Below, in pieces: positions 55,637 through 64,000 of a stretch of DNA of 64,000 bases (within the stretch, counting starts at the first letter, position 1; every line of letters begins with the position of its first letter). The notes beneath the pieces were generated by a model. That model was not told where the DNA came from. It made no database searches and saw nothing but the letters and a program-made list of their open reading frames with translations. The position numbers and the translations under genes are program-made. The DNA is from Terriglobia bacterium (GTDB taxonomy: Bacteria > Acidobacteriota > Polarisedimenticolia > Polarisedimenticolales > JAIQFR01): NCBI GenBank assembly GCA_963748015.1, contig CAVVHE010000006.1:32001-96000 (forward strand), given 5' to 3'.

Positions 55637-56655
55637 CCCGTAACGGGCCCGAAGAAACGAATCCACGCCAAGCTCGCCAGGGAGGTCACGAGCGCGGTGG
55701 CCAGCCCGACCCAAAGGGGCATGAGGCCGGTTCGCCGCATCGCCGCTGCGCGGGTGCCGAGGCCGACCCCCGCCAGAGCCAGCAAGATGAGCGCACGGGT
55801 TGCCCACTGAAGAGAGGCCTGGACGTCCACGCCGGTCGCATCGGCGAGCCAGCCGAAGACTCCCATCGTGTTCAGCGCGGCCATGGCAAGGAATCCCACG
55901 ACGAACGGCGGAACGGACTGGCGCACGCGCGTGCCGAAAGGCGCCCGGACGGAGCCGCGTTTGTGGAGGATTCCCATGGCGACGATCACCGCTCCCATGA
56001 GAGCGTTTCGGGTCAGCTTGACGACGGTGGCCACGCGCCCGGCCGCGTCGCTGAAAGCGAAAGCCGCGGCCAGGACCTGTGACGTGTCGTTGACCGCCGT
56101 GCCCACCCAGCTGCCGAACCCGGCGTCGCTCAGTCCTAGGGCGTGCCCGACGAGCGGGTACGCGAACACCGCGAGGGTCCCGAACAGCGTATTGGTGGCG
56201 ATGGCGTAGGCGACGTCCTCGTCCTCGGCGCCGATGACCGGAGCGACGGCGCCGATGGCGGAATTCCCGCAGACCGCCGTCCCGACCCCGATCAGGGAGG
56301 CGAGCTTGGCGGGCACGCCCAGCCGGCGGCCCAGAAGATGCGCCGCGGCAAGGGCGAGTCCCATCAGCGTCACGATGAGGAGCAGCGCCCGGAGGCCCAT
56401 CGAGAGCGTCGCGACGAAGGACAGACCGGCGCCCAGGAGGACGATCGCCAGGCGCAGGACGGTCTGGAACGCGAAGCGGATTCCCGGCGTGGTGGAGGGA
56501 GGGAGCGTCAGGAAGTTCCCCACGACGAGACCGAGCAAGACGGCGAAGATCACTTCCCCCACGACCTTCTCCGCGGGGCCGGGCAGTGCGCCGTGGAGGA
56601 GGCGCGCCCCGGCGGCCACCAAGGCCGTGAGGAGCAGGCCGGGGAGAAGTCGCAT
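55633..56655 (-). CDS. YeiH / UPF0324 putative sulfate exporter family membrane protein
   Basis: LRLAIVLLG, GTAVCGNSAI, GTAVNDTSQV, VVKLTRN. Confidence 0.9.
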   Translation of the reverse strand: MRLLPGLLLTALVAAGARLLHGALPGPAEKVVGEVIFAVLLGLVVGNFLTLPPSTTPGIRFAFQTVLRLAIVLLGAGLSFVATLSMGLRALLLIVTLMGLALAAAHLLGRRLGVPAKLASLIGVGTAVCGNSAIGAVAPVIGAEDEDVAYAIATNTLFGTLAVFAYPLVGHALGLSDAGFGSWVGTAVNDTSQVLAAAFAFSDAAGRVATVVKLTRNALMGAVIVAMGILHKRGSVRAPFGTRVRQSVPPFVVGFLAMAALNTMGVFGWLADATGVDVQASLQWATRALILLALAGVGLGTRAAAMRRTGLMPLWVGLATALVTSLASLAWIRFFGPVTG

Positions 56656-56969
56656 CACGGTGTTTCCCCATGAAAGGACCGGCGGAACGCCCGGCTCAGG
56701 CCAACCCCGCGGGCCCCTCTTCGCATCATGCTTCCCCTTCGGACCGTGACGGCAGCGAACCCCGGGTCGGTTGCCTGGCGCCCAGAGCATAGATAGACGG
56801 CGCGGCCCGTGGGAAGGACTTCGTGAGGAAAATAGGGAGGATCAAGGTGGAACCCATCCTCTCCGGCCGGCGCAGTCGCCTTGCGTCATCGCCGGTTCCG
56901 GCGAGCGACCTGACGTAGACTTCCCGAGCATCGGCGGATCGGTGCGCCGGTGGGGGAGGCGCGCCCGCG

Positions 56970-58449
56970 ATGGACGAATCCTTCCGGCTCTCCAAGTCCC
57001 GGTTCACGGCCGGACTCCAGTGCCACAAGCTGCTGTGGTGGAAGGTGCACGAGCCCGACGCGCCCGAGCTCGTCCCCGACCTCGCGCAGCAGGCGGTCTT
57101 CGATCAGGGCACGCGGGTGGGGGAGGTGGCCCGGACCTACGTGCCGGGAGGCCAGCTCGTGGATCTTCCGTACTACGCGCTCGGCGATCGGGCCGCGATG
57201 ACGCGGAAGCTGCTCGACCGGAACGTGCCGGTCCTCTACGAGGCGTCGTTCTTCGCGGACGGCGTGTACGCCGCGATCGACATCCTGGAGCGGGAGGCCG
57301 GCGGTTTCCGCCTGATCGAGGTGAAGTCGTCCACCCGGCTCAAGGACGAGCATCTCCCCGACGTGGCCATCCAGCTGCACGTCCTGAGGAGAAGCGGGCT
57401 CGAGGTCGTTCGCGTCGAGGTGATGCACCTCAACCGCGCGTGCGTCTATCCCCACCTGGCCGACCTGTTCGTTCGAAGGGACGTCACCGCGGAGGCCGAG
57501 GCGGCGCAGTCCGGCCTGCCCGGCCGGATCGCCGAGCAGCTGAGCATGCTCGCCAAAGATCTCCCCGAAGTGGAGGTCGGCGAGCATTGCAGCAAGCCCT
57601 ACGAGTGCCCGTTCATGGCCCGCTGCTGGGACGAGGCGCCGGAGCATCACGTGAGCACGCTGTACCGCGTGCGGCGGGGGGGAGCGGACCTGATCGCGGC
57701 CAGGATTCGAGACGATCGATCAATTGCCCGATGGCGGGAGCTTCAGCGCGATCCAGGAGCGCCAGCGGCAGGCGGTCCGGACGGGCGCGCTCATCGTCGA
57801 GCCGGGCCTCGCGGAAGCGCTCGCCGCCTTCCGGGAGCCGCTGGCGTTCCTCGACTTCGAGACGGTCGGGCTCGCGATCCCCGTGTGGAACGGCTGTCAT
57901 CCTCACGACGCGGTGCCCGTGCAGTTCAGCTGCCATCGCCTCGCCGCGGACGGAACCGTCGCTCACCACGAGTGGCTCGCGGACGGGCCCGAGGACCCGC
58001 GCCCCGGGCTGGCTCGCCGGCTCGTCGAGGCCTGCCGCGGCGCCCGGACCGTCGTGGCCTACAACGCGAGCTTCGAGCGCCAGGGTATCGAGTCGCTGGC
58101 GGCCGCGGTGCCGGAGCTGTCGGAGGAGCTCCTGGACATCGCGGCCCGGCTCGCGGACCTGCTCCCCGTGGTCCGGAACCACGTCTATCACCCGGCGTTC
58201 GGTGGAAGCTTCAGCCTCAAGGCCGTCGTTCCCGCGCTCGTGCCGGGGCCGGGATACGACGAGTTGGAGGTGGCCGAGGGGGCGACCGCCAGCGTCGAGC
58301 TCGAGCGGCTGATGTTCCGCGGCGACGGCATGCCGGCCGAGGAAAGGCAACGCCTGCGCGAGGCCCTGCTGCGCTACTGCTCGCTCGACACGTCCGGCCT
58401 CGTGGGATTGCTCGCTCGCCTGCGGGACCTGGCCGGAACGGCGCCTTAG
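56970..58449 (+). CDS. DUF2779 protein: Cas4-like PD-(D/E)XK nuclease plus RNase H-like exonuclease domain (frameshift near 57702)
   Basis: LSKSRF...QC; IDIL..LIEVKSST; CSKPYECPFMARC; after the shift FLDFET, PVQFSCH, YNASFE, SFSLKAV, YCSLDT. Confidence 0.8.
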
Positions 58450-58534
58450 TCGCGCGGGGCTGCGGTCAGGGCGGGATCTCCCGACCTCGGGGTGGCGAGG
58501 ACCTGTCTGCAGGGTCCGCGCGCAGGCGAGGTCG

Positions 58535-59248
58535 CTAGACTCGAAGCATCGGCGCGCCGCGGCCCTTGTCCGGTTCCGCGGCGCGGGCCGGCGCTTGCCG
58601 CAGGTAGGCCTCGATCATCGCGACCAGCTCGTCCGCGAAGACCTGGCGTCCGATCGGCTGCTCGTCGGGATGCGCGGCGAAGCGATGGGTCAGGCTCTCG
58701 ACCGCCTGCACGAGGAAGAAGCCGGCGTGCTGCAGGTTCCGGTGGCGGACCTCCGGATAGAGCCTCAGAAGGCCCGCCACGGTCTTGGCGGCCTCGCGCT
58801 CCGCACGCAGCACGGCGCGGTGGACGCGCTCCGGGAGCGGCGTCTCTTCCAGCAGGATGTGCTGGAGGCGCGGTCTTCCGGAGTGCATGTCCAGCATTCC
58901 CGCGACGTAATCGCGCAAGGCTCCGTGAAGGGAATGGCGCTCCGCGACCGTGTGCCCGACCCACTCGTGCAGCCTGCGCCCCGTCTCTTCGATGTGGCGC
59001 TCGAGCAGCACCACGGCCACCGCCTCCTTGCTGGGGTAGTACTGGTAGAGCGTCCCAATGGAGAGCCCGGCCCGTTCGGCGATGCGGTTGGTGGTTCCGG
59101 CCGCGTATCCGTGCTCCTCGAAAACCTGAGCCGCCGCGGCCAGCAAACGCTCGACCGTGGCCCGTGAGCGTTCTTGGACCGGCATTTTGGTTGGATCGAG
59201 CCTCTTCTTCGGCGACGCACGCCTCACCGCTGAAATGCGAGTTGTCAT
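58535..59248 (-). CDS. TetR/AcrR family regulator
   Basis: PVQERSRATVERLLAAAAQVF...TTNRIAERAGLSIGTLYQYYPSKE; true start may be downstream of 59248. Confidence 0.93.
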   Translation of the reverse strand: MTTRISAVRRASPKKRLDPTKMPVQERSRATVERLLAAAAQVFEEHGYAAGTTNRIAERAGLSIGTLYQYYPSKEAVAVVLLERHIEETGRRLHEWVGHTVAERHSLHGALRDYVAGMLDMHSGRPRLQHILLEETPLPERVHRAVLRAEREAAKTVAGLLRLYPEVRHRNLQHAGFFLVQAVESLTHRFAAHPDEQPIGRQVFADELVAMIEAYLRQAPARAAEPDKGRGAPMLRV

Positions 59249-59250
59249 AA

Positions 59251-59268
59251 TCTGAGTAATAACTCAGA
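59251..59268. promoter_or_regulatory. Putative TetR operator
   Basis: TCTGAGT-AATA-ACTCAGA palindrome in the short divergent gap between tetR and the P-ATPase. Confidence 0.72.
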
Positions 59269-59278
59269 ATAGATCGCG

Positions 59279-61891
59279 ATGTCAACCGGAGGCAGAGAAG
59301 GGGCGGCGGCCACGTCCGGAGACTTCCCCCGCGGTCTCACGGACGACGAGGCGAGAGCCCGCCTCGAGCAGGACGGCTTCAACGAAATCCCCTCCCAGAA
59401 GAAGCGCGGCCTGCTGGCCATCGCCCTGGAAGTCGTGCGGGAGCCGATGTTCCTGATGCTGGTCGCCGCCGGCAGCCTCTACCTGGTGATGGGGGAGCCC
59501 GTCGATGCCCTCATGCTCCTCGGCTTCGTGTTCGTGGTCATGGCGATCACGATCATCCAGGAGCGGCGTACCGAGCGGGCGCTGGACGCGCTGCGGGATC
59601 TGTCGAGTCCTCGCGCGCTGGTGATCCGCGGCGGGGCCAGCAGGCGCATTCCCGGCCGCGAGGTGGCTTGCGGCGACCTCTTGGCCCTGTCGGAGGGCGA
59701 CCGGGTTCCGGCGGACGCGGTCCTGCGGCGCGGGATGAACCTATCCGTGGACGAATCGCTGCTGACCGGCGAGTCCGTTCCGGTTCGCAAGACGCCGTCG
59801 CCGGATGCCCGGGATCTCGATCGTCCCGGCGGCGACGATCTCCCGTCGGTCTTCTCGGGCACGCTCGTTACCGCGGGCCAGGGGATTGCCGAGGTCGTCG
59901 CCACCGGCGTTCGCACGGAGCTCGGCAAGATCGGCAAGGCCCTGGCGCTGGTCGAGCCCGAAGCCACGCTCCTGCAGAAGGAGACCGCGCGGCTGGTCCG
60001 GTCCTGCGCTCTGGCCGGGCTGTCGGCCTGCACGCTGGTCGTGGTCATCTACAGTCTCACACGCGGCGGCGGCGCGGCGGTATGGAAGCAGGGCCTCCTC
60101 GCCGGGATCTCGATGGCCATGGCCATACTGCCCGAGGAGTTCCCGGTCGTCCTCACGGTCTTCCTGGCCCTCGGGGCCTGGCGCATCTCGCGCAGCCAGG
60201 TGCTGACGCGACGCATGCCCGCGGTCGAGACGCTCGGCGCGGCCACGGTCCTGTGCGTCGACAAGACGGGGACACTCACGCTCAACCAGATGACATTGAA
60301 GTACCTCTCGGTATCCGGGCGGCAGGTGGATCTGACCCGGCACGCCGGAGAGCTGCCGGCGGAGCTCCGCGCGCTGATCGAGCACGCCGTCCTCGCCAGC
60401 AAGCCCGACCCGTTCGACCCGATGGAACGGGCCCTGCACGTTGCCGGAGAGAGACTCCTCGATCCGACGGACCGCGTCCATCTCGGCGGGTCCCTGGTGC
60501 GGGAGTACCCGCTGAGCCCGGAGCTGCTCGCCGTCACGCAGGCCTGGAAACACGGCAGCGACGACGACGTGGCCCTCGCGTCCAAAGGGGCTCCGGAGGC
60601 GATCGCCGAACTGTGCCGCATGTCCGCGGCGGAGCGAGACGCGCTGGCGAGCGAGGTCGCGGCGCTGGCGTCGCAGGGCCTGAGGGTGCTCGGGGTGGCG
60701 CGCGGGCGGGCGAGATCAGGCAGCCTCCCGGACGAGCAGCGGCAGTTGGACCTCTCGTTCGTCGGGCTGCTCGGCCTCGAGGATCCCCTGAGGCCCGCCG
60801 TCCCCGCGGCGGTCGCCGAGTGCCGGTCCGCGGGCATCCGCGTGGTGATGGTCACGGGCGACTACCCGGCCACCGCTCAGAGCATCGCCCGGCAGGCGGG
60901 CTTCCTCGACGACGGATCCACGATCACCGGACCGGAGCTCGACGGCATGTCGGACGAGGCGCTCGCGAGCCGCGTCGGGGACGTCCGCATCTTCGCGCGC
61001 GTGGTGCCGGCCCAGAAGCTCCGGATCGTGACCGCCCTCAAGTCCGCCGGCGAGGTGGTCGCGATGACCGGCGACGGGGTCAACGACGCCCCGGCCCTCA
61101 GGGCGGCCCACATCGGGATCGCGATGGGTGCCCGCGGCACCGACGTGGCCCGCGAGGCGGGCTCGCTGGTGCTGCTCGACGACGATTTCTCGTCGATCGT
61201 CGCGGCGGTGCGGCTCGGGCGCAGGATCTTCGACAACATCAAGAAGGCCATTGCCTTCATCTTCGCGGTCCACGTCCCCATTGCCGGGCTCTCGATACTC
61301 CCCGTCTTCTTCGCCGACTGGTCGCTCCTGCTCCTTCCCATCCACATCGTCTTCCTGGAGCTCGTGATCGATCCCTCGTGCACGCTCATCTTCGAGGCGG
61401 AGGGGGCCGAGGCCGACGTGATGACGCGCCCGCCGCGCAGTCCCCGGGAGCGCCTGTTCTCGCTCAAGACCGTCGGGTTCGCCGTTCTCCAGGGGCTCGG
61501 CGTGCTCGCCGCCTGCCTTGCGGTGTTCCTGGTTTCTCGGCAGGGCCACGCGCCGGACGCCGCCCGCGCGCTCACCTTCACCACGCTGGTGGTCGCCTTC
61601 CTCGCCATCATCCTGGCGAACCGGTCGTGGGCTCGTACCATCGTCGGCAGTCTCCGCGTCCCGAACACGGCTCTCTGGTGGGTGCTGGGAGGCACGACCG
61701 CCCTGCTCGCGCTGGTGCTGCTGGTCCCCGTCGCGCAACGGATGTTCCACTTCGCGCCCCTCCACGCGGCCGACGTGGCGATCAGCGCCGTCGCCGGGGT
61801 TCTCTGCGTGATGTGGCTCGACTTGTTCAAGCTCGGCCGCCGGCTCACCCGAACCGGCCGGCTCGAGCCATTGGAGGAAAGAAGTCCATGA
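59279..61891 (+). CDS. P-type cation-transporting ATPase (P2-like)
   Basis: LTGES, PEEFP, DKTGT, KGAPE, TGD, TGDGVNDAPAL. Confidence 0.95.
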   Translation: MSTGGREGAAATSGDFPRGLTDDEARARLEQDGFNEIPSQKKRGLLAIALEVVREPMFLMLVAAGSLYLVMGEPVDALMLLGFVFVVMAITIIQERRTERALDALRDLSSPRALVIRGGASRRIPGREVACGDLLALSEGDRVPADAVLRRGMNLSVDESLLTGESVPVRKTPSPDARDLDRPGGDDLPSVFSGTLVTAGQGIAEVVATGVRTELGKIGKALALVEPEATLLQKETARLVRSCALAGLSACTLVVVIYSLTRGGGAAVWKQGLLAGISMAMAILPEEFPVVLTVFLALGAWRISRSQVLTRRMPAVETLGAATVLCVDKTGTLTLNQMTLKYLSVSGRQVDLTRHAGELPAELRALIEHAVLASKPDPFDPMERALHVAGERLLDPTDRVHLGGSLVREYPLSPELLAVTQAWKHGSDDDVALASKGAPEAIAELCRMSAAERDALASEVAALASQGLRVLGVARGRARSGSLPDEQRQLDLSFVGLLGLEDPLRPAVPAAVAECRSAGIRVVMVTGDYPATAQSIARQAGFLDDGSTITGPELDGMSDEALASRVGDVRIFARVVPAQKLRIVTALKSAGEVVAMTGDGVNDAPALRAAHIGIAMGARGTDVAREAGSLVLLDDDFSSIVAAVRLGRRIFDNIKKAIAFIFAVHVPIAGLSILPVFFADWSLLLLPIHIVFLELVIDPSCTLIFEAEGAEADVMTRPPRSPRERLFSLKTVGFAVLQGLGVLAACLAVFLVSRQGHAPDAARALTFTTLVVAFLAIILANRSWARTIVGSLRVPNTALWWVLGGTTALLALVLLVPVAQRMFHFAPLHAADVAISAVAGVLCVMWLDLFKLGRRLTRTGRLEPLEERSP

Positions 61892-62163
61892 ACTGCCCTC
61901 GCTGCGAGAACGTGAACCTGACCATGTCGGAGAGAGCCGGGATCGAAATAGACTACTGTCCCACGTGCCGCGGCGTCTGGTTGGATCGCGGTGAGCTGGA
62001 CAAGATCGTGGAACGCTCCGCCGCGCCCCAGAGCGGGAGCGGCCGGAACGACGATTTCAGGGATTACCGCGACGACTCCCACCACGACAAGCATGGCCAG
62101 CACGGCGGCCAGTACGCCGGCCAGCACGGCCGGCGCTCGTGGCTGCGCGACATCTTCGACTGA
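61888..62163 (+). CDS. zf-TFIIB zinc-finger protein
   Basis: MNCPRC...IEIDYCPTCRGVWLDRGELDKI...SWLRDIFD. Confidence 0.9.
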   Translation: MNCPRCENVNLTMSERAGIEIDYCPTCRGVWLDRGELDKIVERSAAPQSGSGRNDDFRDYRDDSHHDKHGQHGGQYAGQHGRRSWLRDIFD

Positions 62164-62214
62164 GCGGTCCGCCAGGCCGGTGATCGTGCCGCGAGGAGCG
62201 CGCGGGCGCTGGAA

Positions 62215-62562
62215 GGGCGCGCGGCGTTCGTCACCGGCCAGAGCTGCCTCCGCACGGGCCTGCTCAAGATCGGCCTGCCGGGCGCGAAGGAAGGGCTCTC
62301 ACAAGACGACCCGCCGATCGCCGAGCGGTTCAAGCCGCAGGGCTACGCCGGCGGCCAATTGGGCGAGAACCCCGTGGGTGACCGCAACGAGCACCTTGGC
62401 GAGAAGAACCCGAGTTGGGAAGGCGGCTAACGCGTCCCCGCCACGATGCGCTGGCTGGGCGCCGTCAGGGCGGGCGCCGAGATCAGCGCCACCGTATCCC
62501 ACGAGGACTGGCTCCCCTCGCGGGTGGCGGCCGCGGGCGAGCCGAGCGTGAAGAAACCGCTG
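62215..62562 (+). pseudogene. Internally deleted arylsulfatase relic
   Basis: GRAAFVTGQSCLRTGLLKIGLPGA...GDRNEHL joined directly to GEKNPSWEGG*RVPATMRW...EDWLP; aligns by eye with two separate parts of the sulfatase at 12958. Confidence 0.8.
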
Positions 62563-62579
62563 TCCCGGCTCGGTCGCGC

Positions 62580-64000
62580 CTACCAGATCCTGCAGACCTT
62601 CTCCGCCGGTCTCACGAGAGGCGCCCCCGGCTTGCACGCGAACGCCTCGCCGAACTCGGGCATGTTCACCACCACGCCGTTGATCCGGTAGATCCCGGGC
62701 GAGTGGGGGTTGGTCATCGCGTTCAGGCGCTTGTCCTCGTCCCGCTGGTTCTCGCAGGTCCACTGCGCGAAGCCCACGAAGAACCGCTGCTCCGGTGTCA
62801 GGCCGTCCCTCGGCTCGAGCGTCTTCCCGGCGACGGCGTCCTTCCAGGCGACCCACGCGAGGATGAGCCCCCCGAGGTCCGCGACGTCCTCACCCAGGGT
62901 CAGGCGGCTGTTGATCTTGATGTCGTCCACCACCGTGTACCCGGCGTACTGGTCCGCGACGCAGGCCGCCCGCTTCTCGAACTCCTTGCCGTCGGCCTCG
63001 GACCACCAGTCCTTGAGGTTGCCGGCGGCGTCGTACTGCCGCCCCTCGTCGTCGAAGCCGTGGATCAGCTCGTGGCCGATGGTGCCGCCGGTGTTCCCGT
63101 AGTTCGGGGCGTCGTCGATCCTCGGATCGAACAGCGGCGGGAGCAGCACGCCGGCGGGGAAGTTCATGTCGTTCATCGACGGGTTGTAGTAGGCGTTGAC
63201 CGTCGGAGGGGTCATGTCCCACTCGGTGCGGTCCACGGGCTTTCCGATCTTGGCGAGCTGGCGCCGCGCCTCGAAGGTCGTCGCGCGATCGACGTTCCCC
63301 AGGAAATCGCCGCGCCTTATCTCGAGCTTGGAGTAGTTCCGCCACTTGTCCGGATAGCCGATCTTGTTGCGCAGCGCGGCGAGCTTGACGATCGCCTGCT
63401 TCTTCGTGGCCCCGCTCATCCAGTCGAGCCCCTCGATGCGCGCCTCCATGGCCTTCTCGATGCGCTGAACCATGTCCACGGTCTTGGCCTTCACATCCGG
63501 AGGAAACGTCCGCTCGACGAAGACCTTCCCCAGCGCCTCCCCGAGATCCTGGTCCACCCAGCCGACGCAGCGCTTCCAGCGCGGCTGCTGCTCCTTCACG
63601 CCCCTCAGGTAGCCCCGGTAGAAATCGAAGTCGGCCTGGACGAACTTCGACGACAGGAAACGCGCGCGGTCCTTCACCAGGTGCCAGCGCAGGTAGGTCT
63701 TCCAGGCGTCGAGGCTCTCCTTCTCGAGCTGCGCGTCGAGCGCCTCGAAGAACTTGGGCTCGGTCACGTTCAGCTCGCGGACCGCCCCCGCGCCGCCGGT
63801 CTTCAGGTAGTCGTCCCAGCGGAACGACGGGGTGATCTTCTTGAGCTTCTTGACCGTCATCTTGTGATAGGACTTGTACGGATCCCGCAGCTCCACCCGG
63901 GTGAGCGACGCGTTGGCCAGGGCCGTCTCGATGCGCATCACGATCCCGGCGTCCCTCCCGGCCGCCTCCGCCGTCTCCCCGATCAACTGGAGCATCGAGG
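62580..64000 (-). CDS. M13 family metallopeptidase (neprilysin/PepO-like), 5' end outside the window
   Basis: VNAYY, GHELIHGFDDEG, TLGEDVADLGG, NPHSP, CRIW. Confidence 0.95.
   Translation of the reverse strand, partial: SMLQLIGETAEAAGRDAGIVMRIETALANASLTRVELRDPYKSYHKMTVKKLKKITPSFRWDDYLKTGGAGAVRELNVTEPKFFEALDAQLEKESLDAWKTYLRWHLVKDRARFLSSKFVQADFDFYRGYLRGVKEQQPRWKRCVGWVDQDLGEALGKVFVERTFPPDVKAKTVDMVQRIEKAMEARIEGLDWMSGATKKQAIVKLAALRNKIGYPDKWRNYSKLEIRRGDFLGNVDRATTFEARRQLAKIGKPVDRTEWDMTPPTVNAYYNPSMNDMNFPAGVLLPPLFDPRIDDAPNYGNTGGTIGHELIHGFDDEGRQYDAAGNLKDWWSEADGKEFEKRAACVADQYAGYTVVDDIKINSRLTLGEDVADLGGLILAWVAWKDAVAGKTLEPRDGLTPEQRFFVGFAQWTCENQRDEDKRLNAMTNPHSPGIYRINGVVVNMPEFGEAFACKPGAPLVRPAEKVCRIW

Noticed and set aside
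57676..57682. G7 tract as a phase-variation switch in the DUF2779 gene
   Set aside because: The reading frame stays sensible through the tract (RRGGADLIAA); the shift maps about 20 bp downstream

Overview
High-GC (about 70% by eye) bacterial chromosomal window. Three Hanks-type Ser/Thr kinases and a giant secreted repeat protein suggest an Acidobacteriota-like or similarly signalling-rich organism; this taxonomy is inference only. From left to right it holds: an ArsR/SRPBCC pair, a Phd-RelE toxin-antitoxin module, DUF1905/DUF1801 genes and a decayed IS3 element; a Tat-type transpeptidase; an oxidative-stress cluster (katG, TerC, CIA30, XRE-cupin, fasciclin, glutathione peroxidase, DUF2177); a sulfatase plus a HAD/2H-phosphoesterase fusion; several lipid and redox enzymes; a dmsABC-like operon whose A subunit has no Tat leader; a split PEP-dikinase-like pair with a cNMP-binding protein; an ABC transporter with no binding protein; a Cas4-like DUF2779 nuclease; a TetR/P-type ATPase pair; a sulfatase relic; and an M13 peptidase. 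The most interesting locus is 30.8-44.8 kb. There a membrane Ser/Thr kinase with extracytoplasmic TPRs is divergent from a GAF-AAA+ sigma-54 activator that has no receiver domain. Next to them is a roughly 3,300-aa beta-helix/FG-GAP/TSP3 surface protein preceded by a near-consensus sigma-54 promoter. Several single-base frameshifts in otherwise intact genes look like assembly indels. No rRNA, tRNA or CRISPR array was recognised. All calls come from motif recognition by eye; no database searches were run.
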